A DNA stretch of 64,000 nucleotides from assembly GCA_025454475.1 (NCBI GenBank), contig JALOOJ010000014.1:179-64178 (forward strand). Reading direction: 5' to 3'. Positions 1 through 9,609 of this stretch are shown piece by piece. Under the pieces are notes generated by a model that saw nothing but the letters and a program-made list of their open reading frames with translations, was not told where the DNA came from and ran no database searches. The position numbers were made by a program, and so were the translations under genes. How positions within the stretch are numbered: the first letter of the stretch is position 1; each line of letters opens with the position of its first letter. Source of the DNA: Anaerolineae bacterium. GTDB lineage: Bacteria; Chloroflexota; Anaerolineae; B4-G1; SLSP01.

Positions 1-459
1 GGGGGCGCCTATCTGATCGCGCTTCGCGCGGTGCCCGACGGGTTCTGGTGGACCCTCAGCACGTTCATGGCCGTTTGGGTTGGCGACTCCGCAGCGTATT
101 TCCTGGGCAGGCGGTATGGCCGGCACAAGATGGCCCCCACGATCAGTCCCGGCAAGAGCTGGGAGGGATATGCAGCCCAGGTGGTCGGGGGACCTTTGGC
201 CGGGCTGCTTATGGCCTGGCTGGGCCAGATGATCTATGGTGAGACAGCCACATTGACGTTCAGCCATGGCATCATCCTTGGCCTAATCGTTAGTGTTTTC
301 TGTCCAGCTGGGGATTTCCTGGTGTCGATGATGAAGCGTGAGGTAGCGGTCAAAGACACCAGCGGCTTGATTCCAGGCCACGGTGGGATGTTGGATCGCA
401 TCGATAGCCTGCTATGGGCAGGGATTCTGGGCTATGTTCTGGCCCTCTGGTTGCGGTGA
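1..459 (+). CDS. cdsA: phosphatidate cytidylyltransferase (CDP-diglyceride synthase), C-terminal part; 5' end lies outside the window
   Basis: Open frame from base 1 (GGAYLIALRAVPDGFWW...) with no stop. C-terminal CdsA-like multi-TM sequence ending ...GMLDRIDSLLWAGILGYVLALWLR. Confidence 0.75.
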   Translation, partial: GGAYLIALRAVPDGFWWTLSTFMAVWVGDSAAYFLGRRYGRHKMAPTISPGKSWEGYAAQVVGGPLAGLLMAWLGQMIYGETATLTFSHGIILGLIVSVFCPAGDFLVSMMKREVAVKDTSGLIPGHGGMLDRIDSLLWAGILGYVLALWLR

Positions 460-480
460 ATCGCCGTTGACGAGGGCTAG

Positions 481-1998
481 TTGCAGGGCTCCGGTCGGCG
501 CGCTAAGATGGCGCTCGGAGTGTGGCAGGTCGAAAAGCAGAGGAGGCATGACGTGGAGTCAACTGTGAAATCCCAAGCCGAGGACGAATTCGAGTTCTCG
601 GAGCCTGAAGAAGAACCCATCGTTGCGGTTGCAGAGGCAGTTCCAGAAGATGCGGGAGATGGCGCTGGGGCAAAGAGCAAGCACTCTGTCGGAGCGCAGG
701 GCGACGTGCTGCGAAAGCTGGCTATGGCGGATCTGGAGCGCATGCGTCTTCAGGAACTGCGTGAGTTGGCCCGCGACTATCGGGTCACCGGCTACAGTGG
801 GCTAAAGAAGGATGACCTGATACTGCTCCTACTCCGCACCAAGGCTGAGCGCGAGGGGTTCAGTTTCGGTGGTGGCATCTTGGAGATCACCGACGACAGC
901 ATGGGATTCCTGCGTTCGGCGCGTTACGCGCCTGGCCCGGAAGATGTCTACGTGTCACAGAGCCAGATTCGGCGATTTGGCCTGCGGAGTGGCGACATGG
1001 TCGCGGGGCAGGTACGTCCGCCCAAGGATACCGAGAAGTTCCGGAGCCTGCTGCGAATCGAGGCCGTGAACGGCATGGATCCGGAACTGGCTAAGCTCAG
1101 ACCAGTCTTTGAAAAACTGACACCCATCTTCCCCACCAAGGGGTTCACTCTGAACACCGGGCCGCGGATGCTTACGCAACGGCTGTTGGAGTTGGTGGCT
1201 CCCATCGGCTTTGGTCAGCGTGGGTTGATAGTCTCCCCACCCAAGGCGGGCAAGACGACCGTGCTGAAAAAGGTAGCCAACGGCATCTCGGCAAACCATC
1301 CGGATGTGCATCTGATGGTTGTCTTGATCGGCGAGCGACCGGAAGAGGTAACCGACATGGATCGGTCGGTAGATGCCGAGGTGGTCAGCTCCACGTTCGA
1401 CGAGGCGGTAGAGCATCAGGCCCACGTTGCGGAGATGGCGCTGCATCGAGCCAAGCGCCTAGTGGAGATGGGGCGGGACGTGGTCATTCTAATGGACAGC
1501 CTGACCCGTCTGACACGGGCCTATAACCTGGTCGTTCAGCCAAGTGGTCGAACGTTGTCCGGCGGCCTCGACCCAGCAGCGCTATACCCGCCCAAGCGTT
1601 TCTTCGGCGCTGCACGCAATATCGAAGAGGGCGGCAGCCTGACCATTCTGGCGACCTGCCTGATCGACACAGGCAGCCGTATGGACGACATGATCTATGA
1701 GGAGTTCAAGGGAACGGGTAATATGGAGCTGCATCTCAACCGCAAGCTCGAGGAGCGACGCATCTTCCCGGCCTTTGACATCATCCGTTCGGGCACACGC
1801 CGTGAGGAGATGCTACTGGATAAGGAGACGCTGCGCAAGGTGTGGCTGATGCGCCGCATGATCTCGCAGATGATGTCCGGCACAGCGACAACGCAAGGCT
1901 ACGACATCACGGCGGCACACGAGGCTCTTCTGGCGCAGATGCGCAAGAGCCGCACCAACCGTGAGTTCCTGGACGTGTTGACCAAGGATCTTAAATAA
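481..1998 (+). CDS. rho: transcription termination factor Rho
   Basis: Acidic N-terminal extension, then Rho N-terminal domain ([32 protein letters not shown]), OB/CSD region, Walker A PKAGKTT, RecA-like core and C-terminal KDLK. Start uncertain; an internal Met or GTG is possible. Confidence 0.9.
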   Translation: MQGSGRRAKMALGVWQVEKQRRHDVESTVKSQAEDEFEFSEPEEEPIVAVAEAVPEDAGDGAGAKSKHSVGAQGDVLRKLAMADLERMRLQELRELARDYRVTGYSGLKKDDLILLLLRTKAEREGFSFGGGILEITDDSMGFLRSARYAPGPEDVYVSQSQIRRFGLRSGDMVAGQVRPPKDTEKFRSLLRIEAVNGMDPELAKLRPVFEKLTPIFPTKGFTLNTGPRMLTQRLLELVAPIGFGQRGLIVSPPKAGKTTVLKKVANGISANHPDVHLMVVLIGERPEEVTDMDRSVDAEVVSSTFDEAVEHQAHVAEMALHRAKRLVEMGRDVVILMDSLTRLTRAYNLVVQPSGRTLSGGLDPAALYPPKRFFGAARNIEEGGSLTILATCLIDTGSRMDDMIYEEFKGTGNMELHLNRKLEERRIFPAFDIIRSGTRREEMLLDKETLRKVWLMRRMISQMMSGTATTQGYDITAAHEALLAQMRKSRTNREFLDVLTKDLK

Positions 1999-2012
1999 GC
2001 ACGCCTACTGCT

Positions 2013-2360
2013 TTGGGATCACGTTGCGTTTTCTGTGGGATCATACGCGGTGAGGTCGCTGCCGACATTGTCTATCGGGATGCGTCGGTGACGGCCTTCC
2101 GCGATCTAGCCCCTCAAGCTCCGTGCCATGTGTTGGTCGTTCCAAATCAGCACGTGCGAGACCTCTCCGAGCTTGGTGTAGAGAAGGCCGACTTGTTCGG
2201 GACGCTGCTCTGGGCTGCACGGGAGATCGCTGCGGCGGAGGGTCTCGCGCAGCGTGGCTATCGCCTCGTCCTCAATGTGGGCGCTGATGGGGGGCAGAGC
2301 ATCCAACACCTGCATCTCCACATTCTGGGGGGACGTCGCCTCGGGTGGCCTCCAGGGTAG
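2013..2360 (+). CDS. HIT-family (histidine triad) nucleotide-binding protein
   Basis: CVFCGII...HxHxHxx motif (QHLHLHILGG), ~115 aa. Confidence 0.85.
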   Translation: MGSRCVFCGIIRGEVAADIVYRDASVTAFRDLAPQAPCHVLVVPNQHVRDLSELGVEKADLFGTLLWAAREIAAAEGLAQRGYRLVLNVGADGGQSIQHLHLHILGGRRLGWPPG

Positions 2361-2459
2361 TACGCTTGCGGTCGGGTTGGGACGCGGTGGGGCCAAGCCC
2401 TGTAGTGTTTTTCTCCTCTGTCTGGGCGCAAGGAAAATTGCATGTCTGTGGGCTGCGAG

Positions 2460-2487
2460 TTGACAACCGACCTCAGACCGGTACAAT
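2460..2487 (+). promoter_or_regulatory. sigma70-type promoter (-35 TTGACA 2460-2465, 16-nt spacer, -10 TACAAT 2482-2487) placed for a leaderless transcript of the 2494 ORF
   Basis: Near-consensus hexamers read directly in the sequence. ATG at 2494 lies 7 nt after the -10. Confidence 0.55.
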
Positions 2488-2493
2488 AGCTGA

Positions 2494-3330
2494 ATGTCAG
2501 ATCGAGCCATAGAGCGTCTTCGGCCGGAGCGGGGCAAACTCAGTGTGTTGCTCGCGGTCACCCTCTCCAGCGTGACGCTCTTTCGCTTCGTAGAGCTGCC
2601 CACATTGAACTGGGGAGCGTTACAGATCTTCGGATCGCCTCTGGGATTCAGCCTCGATGGTGGCGTGCTCCTAACACTCCTGGTTGTGGGTCTTGTCGCC
2701 ACTGGGACCCTTGCCATCCTACAGGATCATCCCCAGCGGGAAGCCGGAGAACGTCCCCTGCTAATAGCCCTCATCACACCATCGATGGGCGCGTTGGTAG
2801 TCTCGATCTTCCTTATCCAAGCTGCGACGTGGCCGCTTTGGTTAGCAGTGTTGCTCGTGGGCGGGGCCATCATTGGTATGCTTGTCCATCTTAGCTATCA
2901 GGCTATCTCACCACGCAATCCTGCCTACCCGGGTGCGAGAACGCTGCTGAATGTCGTCGGTTATCTGATGGGATTTGTGCTCTTCAGCTTGAGCCTGGGG
3001 CAGGAGGGGCGCGGGCTGATCATTGCCCCCGTGGTGATGGTGTTGAGCGGGTCGCTGGCGTTGGAGCTCTTGAGCGCGACCGGCGCCCCGATCGGCTCGG
3101 TGCTGCTCTACAGCGCCACGATAGGGTTGCTTGAGGGCGAGTTGGCATGGGTCCTGGGATACTGGCCCATCTCGACGTGGACGGCGGCAACGGTGCTGAC
3201 GTTGGGACTTTACATCTGGGGGGGCGTTGGCTACCAGCATCTCCTGGGACGGCTGACACGTCAGATCGTTGTGGAGTTCACCGCAATCGGACTGCTGATG
3301 CTGGTCCTGGTGTTGGCCATACGCCCGTGA
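2494..3330 (+). CDS. hypothetical polytopic membrane protein
   Basis: 278 aa with multiple hydrophobic helices and no recognisable catalytic motif. Preceded by a strong promoter. Confidence 0.55.
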   Translation: MSDRAIERLRPERGKLSVLLAVTLSSVTLFRFVELPTLNWGALQIFGSPLGFSLDGGVLLTLLVVGLVATGTLAILQDHPQREAGERPLLIALITPSMGALVVSIFLIQAATWPLWLAVLLVGGAIIGMLVHLSYQAISPRNPAYPGARTLLNVVGYLMGFVLFSLSLGQEGRGLIIAPVVMVLSGSLALELLSATGAPIGSVLLYSATIGLLEGELAWVLGYWPISTWTAATVLTLGLYIWGGVGYQHLLGRLTRQIVVEFTAIGLLMLVLVLAIRP

Positions 3331-3387
3331 TGCGTTATGGGTCTGCTTCCCGCAGATTCTCGCAGTCTACCTACAGTTAGGGGATAG

Positions 3388-5562
3388 GTGCAAGTGGAAA
3401 TAAGAGAGAGGTCGGTAATTGCTGAGAAGCTGACGCCGCGCTTGGCGCGCGTTGCGGAGTTGGCTTACAACTTCTGGTGGTCGTGGAACCGTCCGGCGCG
3501 CGATCTGTTCAAGCAGTTGGATAGGACGTTGTGGACAACGACACGTCACAATCCGGTGCGGATCCTGCGAGAGGTGCCTAAAGAGCGCGTGCTGAGCTTG
3601 ACACGGGACCCGGCATTCCTGCGCGATTTCGATGCGGTGTTGATGGAGCTGGACCGAGAAACCAGGAATGGCCACCTCTGGTACCCGCAGGCTTACCCGA
3701 ACCTCTGCGCGCATCCGATAGCTTATTTCTCGGCGGAGTTCGGGCTGCACAGCTCGTTGCCCATCTACTCCGGCGGCTTGGGAGTCCTGTCCGGGGATCA
3801 TACGAAGGAAGCCAGCGACTTGGGTCTGCCGTTCGTGGCGGTCGGATTCCTGTATGAGCAGGGATACTTCCGGCAGAGGCTCGACCACAGCGGGTGGCAG
3901 GAAGCTATCTACCCGCCTCTTGACCCGGATGAGGTGGCCCTTCGGCCTGTCACGCAGGAACAGGATTCCTGTGGTGCGATTCTTGTCCAGGTGGGCGATC
4001 GCGAGATCTGTCTCAAGCTCTGGGAGGTCATGGTCGGGCGCACGCGCGTCTACCTGATCGACGCAGGTGTCGAGGCGAATGCGCCCTGGGATCGGCAGCT
4101 GACAGCGCGGCTGTACGGAGGGGATCGCGAGATGCGCATCCAGCAGGAGATCCTCCTGGGGATTGGTGGTGTGCGTGTCCTGCGCGCCATGGGCATCCAG
4201 CCTTGGGTGTGGCACATCAACGAGGGACATTCCGCGTTTATGGTACTGGAGCGGGTGCGCGAGTACGTCGCTCAGGGATTGACGTTCGACGAAGCTCGTG
4301 AGCGCGTTCGTGCAAGCACCGTGTTCACGACGCACACGCCAGTGCCGGCGGGTCATGATGCATTTGACTTTGGCCTCATTGACAAGTACTTCCATGACTT
4401 CTGGCCTCAGTTAGGGCTCACTCGAGAGGATTTCCTGGAGTTGGGTAGCTACAGTCCGGGCTATGGTGCCGCGTTCAACATGACCAAGCTGGCTCTGCAA
4501 GTGTCCGGGCAGGCCAACGGCGTGAGTGCGCTTCACGGCGAGGTCAGCCGCCGCATGTGGCAGAGTCTGTGGCCGGACCGCAAAGTTGAGGATGTGCCCA
4601 TCGGCCACGTCACGAATGGCGTTCACCTCTCTTCCTGGACCGGTGAAGCTATGCATCAGCTCTACCGGCGCTACATAAGCCCCGATTGGGTCCGGCGTCA
4701 GGACGATCCCCTGCTATGGGCCCGTGTCGAGGAGATCCCCGATGGGGAGCTGTGGGACGCGCACGTCATACTGAAGCAGAAGATGTTCGCGACGATCCGG
4801 GAGCGGGCTCGCCAGGATTGGATCACCCGCTCGACGCCGCCTGAGCAGTTGTTGGCCTCCGGTATTTTTCTGGATCCCAATGCGCTGGTGATCGGCTTTT
4901 CCCGGCGCTTTGCGACCTACAAGCGGGCCAACCTGATCTTCCAGGATTTGGACCGGCTGATGCGGCTGGTTCACGATCCTTACCGGCCCGTGCAGGTGAT
5001 CTTTGCGGGCAAGGCGCATCCTGCGGATGACCCTGGGAAACTTGCCCTGCAGCGGCTCTACAACCATGCGCGTGATCCGAAGTTTGGCGGGCGTAGTGCC
5101 TTTGTTGAGGATTACGACATGCATGTCTCGCGGTACTTGATTCAGGGCGTTGATGTATGGCTCAACACACCGCGCAAGCCTAACGAGGCCAGTGGTACCA
5201 GCGGGATGAAAGCGGCGTTCAACGGTGTTCTCAACCTGAGTATCCTCGACGGTTGGTGGGCTGAGGCTTACAACGGGCGCAACGGTTGGGCAATTGACGC
5301 CGGGGTCGAGACAGATGACTGGGATGAGCAGGACCGGACCGACGCTGCGGCGCTCTATCGTATACTCGAGGAGCAGGTTGTTCCGCTGTACTACCAACGC
5401 GATCGGGACTACGTCCCACGCGATTGGGTCGCTATGATGCGCGAGGCGATCCGGACCATTGGCCCGCAGTTCTCAACGCGACGGATGGTCAAGGAATATA
5501 CTGAGCGTTACTACGTGCCCGCACTGCAGGCGTCATTGGCGCTGGAGGCACAAAGCCAATAG
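3388..5562 (+). CDS. glgP: alpha-glucan phosphorylase (GT35, GlgP/maltodextrin phosphorylase-like with DUF3417 N-terminus)
   Basis: WNxxARDLF...NPV N-terminal motif, GGLGVLSGDH, EGHSAF, TTHTPVPAGHD, FSRRFATYKR, GKAHPADDPGK, ASGTSGMKAAFNG (PLP-Lys region), NLSILDGWW. Confidence 0.85.
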   Translation: MQVEIRERSVIAEKLTPRLARVAELAYNFWWSWNRPARDLFKQLDRTLWTTTRHNPVRILREVPKERVLSLTRDPAFLRDFDAVLMELDRETRNGHLWYPQAYPNLCAHPIAYFSAEFGLHSSLPIYSGGLGVLSGDHTKEASDLGLPFVAVGFLYEQGYFRQRLDHSGWQEAIYPPLDPDEVALRPVTQEQDSCGAILVQVGDREICLKLWEVMVGRTRVYLIDAGVEANAPWDRQLTARLYGGDREMRIQQEILLGIGGVRVLRAMGIQPWVWHINEGHSAFMVLERVREYVAQGLTFDEARERVRASTVFTTHTPVPAGHDAFDFGLIDKYFHDFWPQLGLTREDFLELGSYSPGYGAAFNMTKLALQVSGQANGVSALHGEVSRRMWQSLWPDRKVEDVPIGHVTNGVHLSSWTGEAMHQLYRRYISPDWVRRQDDPLLWARVEEIPDGELWDAHVILKQKMFATIRERARQDWITRSTPPEQLLASGIFLDPNALVIGFSRRFATYKRANLIFQDLDRLMRLVHDPYRPVQVIFAGKAHPADDPGKLALQRLYNHARDPKFGGRSAFVEDYDMHVSRYLIQGVDVWLNTPRKPNEASGTSGMKAAFNGVLNLSILDGWWAEAYNGRNGWAIDAGVETDDWDEQDRTDAAALYRILEEQVVPLYYQRDRDYVPRDWVAMMREAIRTIGPQFSTRRMVKEYTERYYVPALQASLALEAQSQ

Positions 5563-5577
5563 CCAGGGTACCACGAC

Positions 5578-5618
5578 ACAGATGAGCGCCGCCTCACATC
5601 GAGGCGGCGCTCATCTGT
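5578..5618. terminator. perfect 18-bp inverted repeat (acagatgagcgccgcctc / gaggcggcgctcatctgt, 5-nt loop) between convergent genes; candidate bidirectional terminator without U-tract
   Basis: Inverted repeat seen directly; lies between the glgP stop (5562) and the convergent metallopeptidase gene end (5649). Confidence 0.5.
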
Positions 5619-5648
5619 TGATACGCCATGCGTGTCCCCGTAACAACC

Positions 5649-6017
5649 CTAATAGGCTCCCAGGTCGCGCAGCCGGTCATCGCTGATTCCAAAATGGTGG
5701 GCGATCTCATGCCGCAGGACGTGTTCGACCATCGTGCGGACGTCTTCCTCTGTCTCACAGCGCATCTGGATAGGCCCGCGGTAGATGCTGATCTTGTCCG
5801 GCAGTACGAGGGTGTAGCTGCGAGTGCGGTGCGTCCGTGGCACGCCGTGGTAGAACCCCAACAGCTCTGTGCGATGCCTGATGCCGGCCTGGCGCATGGT
5901 CACCCTGTCTGGCCAATCCTCAACAACGATCTCCACGTTGTCCAGCGTCTCAAGCAGACCGGGTGGCAGGGCGTCGACCGCCTCCGCAACCAGGGTCTCA
6001 AACAACGTTCGATCCAT
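5649..6017 (-). CDS. metallopeptidase-family protein (zincin-like, DUF1025/SprT-like small Zn protease)
   Basis: 122 aa with HEIAHHFG (HExxH) motif. Confidence 0.65.
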   Translation of the reverse strand: MDRTLFETLVAEAVDALPPGLLETLDNVEIVVEDWPDRVTMRQAGIRHRTELLGFYHGVPRTHRTRSYTLVLPDKISIYRGPIQMRCETEEDVRTMVEHVLRHEIAHHFGISDDRLRDLGAY

Positions 6018-6025
6018 GGCCCCGT

Positions 6026-7231
6026 CTATTCAGCCAGGCTAAGTACCATACCCGCTGCGACCTCCTTCTGTACCTGGAGGGCACGGGCAAATGGAATCGA
6101 GATGAGGATCAGGACTGCCGAGGCCAGGAAGATGCCCTGGTAGTTGATGATGGGCAGTAGCGCTCCGGCAAGGAAGGGCACTCCCACCGAGCTGATGTGG
6201 TCAAAGGTAACGCCGGCGGTCAACGTCGGGGTGAGTTCCTCTGGTGGCGCGGTGCGATAGACATAGGTCGATAGGCCCATCCCGAGCGGTGTGACCAGCT
6301 TGATGATGATCCAAAGCGCAATCAGGATCCACAGATTGGCAACCACGGCGAAGCCGAAACAGCATAGGGCGAGGACCGCATAGAAGGCCACGGTCGTGAC
6401 CTGCTCGCCCCGTCGATCGATGAGCTTGCCCATTGCGGGGGAGAGGACCAGCGTAAGGACGCTGCTGATGAGGGTAAGCGTGCTGATATGCCAGACTCGT
6501 AGACCGAAGGTTTCGACCAGCATCAGCGTGATAAGGCTACCCAATACCAGCTTACGGGCACCAGAGAAGAAGATCAGCACGTAGTAGCGCCAGTAGCGAC
6601 CCTTGATGAGGATTCGCGGAGGCTCGACCTCTGTCGTACCAAGGTGCTTGGGCAGCCAGTAGAGCAGCAGCGAGGCTATGATGATCACGACACCGCCTGC
6701 CACGTAGTAGGTGGTCAAGGGCATGGAGGGCAACAGCCCCGAGATGAGTGAGATCGCTCCCATGCCTGCGATGCCTGCTAGCGAGCCCACCGAGGCCAGC
6801 GCGCCGAGAACGTATCCGGCGTTCTGCCGATTGCTCAGCGCAAGTCCGATGGAGCTGTGCAGTGGAGCCCAGAGGTGGAAACCGAAACTACCGGCGACCA
6901 CGGCCAGGAGAAGGGCCGAATACGATCCTACAAACGCATGGACGAGATAACCCACGCCCATTACGAACAGGGCCAGCGTGCCCTGGCGCATCAGCGGCAA
7001 CCGCATCGTGAACGCTGCCAGGAAGATCAGGCCGAGTCCGGGAAGCTCCCGAATGCCCTCCAACCACAGGACCTGGCCCTCGCTCAGGTTCAGCGTCTCG
7101 ATGAAGAAGTTCATACGGGTGCCATCCAACAGCCCCTGACCGAAGCGAGACAGGAACAACGTGGCGGCGAACAGGACGAGGTTCCTGGTCCAGATGGAGG
7201 TGTCGAAGCGTATTCGGGTGCGTTGTTGCAT
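6026..7231 (-). CDS. MFS-type transporter (about 12 TM)
   Basis: Many TM helices. The long ORF (to 7627) has an implausible non-membrane N-terminus; start placed at the internal Met (MQQRTRIRFDTS) at 7229-7231. Confidence 0.7.
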   Translation of the reverse strand: MQQRTRIRFDTSIWTRNLVLFAATLFLSRFGQGLLDGTRMNFFIETLNLSEGQVLWLEGIRELPGLGLIFLAAFTMRLPLMRQGTLALFVMGVGYLVHAFVGSYSALLLAVVAGSFGFHLWAPLHSSIGLALSNRQNAGYVLGALASVGSLAGIAGMGAISLISGLLPSMPLTTYYVAGGVVIIIASLLLYWLPKHLGTTEVEPPRILIKGRYWRYYVLIFFSGARKLVLGSLITLMLVETFGLRVWHISTLTLISSVLTLVLSPAMGKLIDRRGEQVTTVAFYAVLALCCFGFAVVANLWILIALWIIIKLVTPLGMGLSTYVYRTAPPEELTPTLTAGVTFDHISSVGVPFLAGALLPIINYQGIFLASAVLILISIPFARALQVQKEVAAGMVLSLAE

Positions 7232-7409
7232 GAAATCTCCTCGGCTGCACAGGCGCGGGCCCCCAGATGGTGTTGGATACCCAACCCGGGGTGGATTATA
7301 CACCTTCCGGGAAGCTCGGCGGAGCCTCGCAGATACAGGGATTACGGCAAGTGCGAGGAGCTTGCGTGACGGCGGTTCTACAGCTTCTCGCAAGACCGGA
7401 ACGCGCGCC

Positions 7410-7437
7410 TTGATCTCCGCGCCGAAACTGCTATAAT
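7410..7437 (+). promoter_or_regulatory. promoter of ssrA (-35 TTGATC 7410-7415, 16-nt spacer, -10 TATAAT 7432-7437); predicted TSS coincides with the tmRNA 5' GGGG at 7445
   Basis: Hexamers read in the sequence. The -10 to tmRNA 5' end distance is 7 nt. Confidence 0.6.
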
Positions 7438-7444
7438 AGTGTCT

Positions 7445-7843
7445 GGGGATGATCGGTTTCGACGGGGAAGGCTGGCTGTGGGCTGCGAGCCGGGGAGGCT
7501 TCGTCTCCGTAAACCCAGAAGCAAACCAATAAATGCCAACACTATGGCAAACACTTGGGCGCCCGTCGCCGTTGCTGCGTAAGCAGTAAGCGACTAACCC
7601 CAAAAACCTGACCGGGTATCCGGTCACGCCCCTCTGGCATCTCGTATGCGTGTCAGAGTAAGGTGATATAATGTATACGTGCTAGCTGGCAGACACCGAT
7701 AAGCCAGTCCAAGAAAAATCGGATGGCGCGGATGCGGCGTGGTCGGCAACGGCCCTCCGCGCGACACGAAATCGCCGACTACGCTCGTAGAGGCTCATTG
7801 TCGATTTCTTCGGACGCGGGTTCGATTCCCGCCATCTCCACCA
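7445..7843 (+). ncRNA. ssrA: tmRNA (SsrA), standard one-piece form
   Basis: 5' GGGGATGATCGGTTTCGACGGGG and 3' GGACGCGGGTTCGATTCCCGCCATCTCCACCA (T-arm plus CCA) form the tRNA-like domain. Internal tag reading frame ...GCA AAC ACT TGG GCG CCC GTC GCC GTT GCT GCG TAA (7547-7582) encodes ANTWAPVAVAA, or ANTMANTWAPVAVAA if resumed at GCC 7535. Confidence 0.85.
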
Positions 7844-7849
7844 AGTAAC

Positions 7850-7886
7850 AAGGAAAGCCACCGCAGATAGGTGGCTTTCCTTGTTA
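7850..7886 (+). terminator. rho-independent terminator after ssrA (aaggaaagccacc / ggtggctttcctt stem, then TTGTTAT)
   Basis: 13-bp perfect stem with 6-nt loop immediately 3' of the tmRNA CCA end, followed by a T-rich run. Confidence 0.7.
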
Positions 7887-7985
7887 TCGCCTCAGGCCCA
7901 GATCATCAGGAGGTATGAGCGATGAACAAGGTGTCAGTGCCGATATCCAACAACTTCTGCGATCGCTGGATGAGCCTGAGCCATA

Positions 7986-8582
7986 GTGAAACCGCAACAC
8001 CCTCATCGGGGACCCGTGGCGGACTCTAACGTCATCCTGCTGACCGGCGATCGACAGATCGGCAAGACCACGGCGCTGTGGGAGGCGGTGGGGTTGCTGC
8101 GAGGCGTCGGCATGAGGGTTACAGGGCTGTTGACACAGCGCACCGGGCCTCACGATTTGGCGGTTATGGAGCTCCACACCGGAGACCGTTACCCATTGAC
8201 CGATCCCTGGTACGAGGATCATGGTACACCGACGCCCAATTTCGTTATGAACGAGGCGGCGATGGCTCGCAGCAGTGGTGCATTGGCGGCGTGTTTTCCG
8301 ACGCAGGTGTTCGTGCTCGACGAGATCGGCCCGCTCGAATTGCGCCACCGGCGTGGATGGGTGGGTGCGTTGGATCTACTGAGGCGCGAGGCCTACGAAT
8401 TAGGCATTCTCGTGATCAGACCTGAGCTGTTGGGAGTGGCAATCGCCGAATTACCTGGAACAACCTTCACGGTGATCCGAGTGGACGCGGGCAACCGGCA
8501 GGGTTTGGGGACCGAGCTATTTGGCACAGCGATGGCGCTGTTCTCGCGCACCGCGATGCTACCCCAGGGGATTCGTCTGTGA
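7986..8582 (+). CDS. P-loop NTPase of the THEP1/NTPase_1-like family
   Basis: Walker A ILLTGDRQIGKTT and Walker B VLDEIGPLEL (THEP1-like DEIGxMEL). 4-nt overlap with holB. Start uncertain. Confidence 0.55.
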   Translation: MKPQHPHRGPVADSNVILLTGDRQIGKTTALWEAVGLLRGVGMRVTGLLTQRTGPHDLAVMELHTGDRYPLTDPWYEDHGTPTPNFVMNEAAMARSSGALAACFPTQVFVLDEIGPLELRHRRGWVGALDLLRREAYELGILVIRPELLGVAIAELPGTTFTVIRVDAGNRQGLGTELFGTAMALFSRTAMLPQGIRL

Positions 8583-9568
8583 GCCAGTGGCCTGTTGTCG
8601 GTCATCGTTGGGCCGTACAGCAACTGCGCCACGCGATCGAGGTTGGCGAGGTCCCGCATGCGTTGTTGATCACCGGCCCGGAGAGCGTGGGAAAACGTAC
8701 GCTGGCGCAGCAATTGATCGCCGCGATGCTGTGCCGGGCCACAGGGGAAGAGCGTCCCTGCGGTCGTTGCCCTTCCTGCCGGAAGCTGGCTTCTGGCAAC
8801 CACCCGGACTTCTATGGGGTGGAGTCCGAGGACCGGACGACCCATCTGCGGATCGAACAGATCCGAGACGTGGAGCGGTTCCTGACGCTGACGCCGAACG
8901 AGAGCCCGTGTAAGGTAGCGCTCATCAGCGACTTCGAGCGTGCCACAGTTGGGGCGGCCAATGCACTGCTCAAGACGCTGGAAGAGCCCCCGACGTATGC
9001 GCACTTAATCCTCTTGGCAACAGACGCCGACTTGCTTTTGCCGACGATCGTGTCCAGAGCACAGCAGATCGTGCTTAGGCCCCTCGCAAGCCATGAGATT
9101 GAGGGAGCCCTGATCGCCACGTGGGGCGTCGAGGCGGGGTTGGCCGGTCGCCTGGCGCGACTCGCGGGAGGGCGGATCGGGTGGGCGGTGCGAGCTGCGA
9201 CAGGGCAGGAGCCCCAGACACAGATGGAGGTCGCAGTCGAGGCGCTTGCCTCGGCGCTGCGGGAGGATCTGCCGTCGCGGTTTGAGCGTGCTCAGGCGCT
9301 GGCGCGGGACACAGCCACATTGGCCGAGACGCTGGAGGCCTGGCTGACGTTCTGGCGCGATGTGCTGTTGCTGCAGACAGGCAACGAGGTCGCGTTGGTC
9401 AATCTCGAGCGGCGCGACCTGTTGGGTTCGATTGGTAAAGCGGTGGACATCGCGATGACGCTCCACATCCTGGCGGAACTCGACCATTCACAGGATGCCA
9501 TTCTTGCGAATGCCAACGCGCAACTGCTGGTCGAGGCCCTGATGCTCGAGCTGCCTACCCTAAGCTGA
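8579..9568 (+). CDS. holB: DNA polymerase III subunit delta'
   Basis: AAA+ clamp-loader fold: HALLITGPESVGKRT, Zn module CGRCPSCRK, SRC-like TIVSRAQ motif. Confidence 0.85.
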   Translation: MSQWPVVGHRWAVQQLRHAIEVGEVPHALLITGPESVGKRTLAQQLIAAMLCRATGEERPCGRCPSCRKLASGNHPDFYGVESEDRTTHLRIEQIRDVERFLTLTPNESPCKVALISDFERATVGAANALLKTLEEPPTYAHLILLATDADLLLPTIVSRAQQIVLRPLASHEIEGALIATWGVEAGLAGRLARLAGGRIGWAVRAATGQEPQTQMEVAVEALASALREDLPSRFERAQALARDTATLAETLEAWLTFWRDVLLLQTGNEVALVNLERRDLLGSIGKAVDIAMTLHILAELDHSQDAILANANAQLLVEALMLELPTLS

Positions 9569-9609
9569 TCGCCGGAGGGGATAGACCTGTTCCAGGGTGA
9601 GGAGCGCGC

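Noticed and set aside
3367-4395. 342-aa ORF on the minus strand
   Set aside because: It lies entirely antisense to the strongly supported glgP gene and has Arg/Pro-rich high-GC shadow-frame composition with no motifs.
4714-5397. 227-aa minus-strand ORF
   Set aside because: Antisense shadow ORF inside glgP.
6857-7369. 170-aa plus-strand ORF
   Set aside because: Antisense to the MFS transporter; composition typical of a GC-rich shadow frame.
7231-7627. N-terminal 132-aa extension of the MFS ORF
   Set aside because: The extension is non-hydrophobic and low complexity, and it overlaps the ssrA promoter region; the internal Met is the plausible start.
7884-8348. 154-aa minus-strand ORF after tmRNA
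   Set aside because: Overlaps the THEP1-like NTPase on the opposite strand; no motifs; likely spurious.
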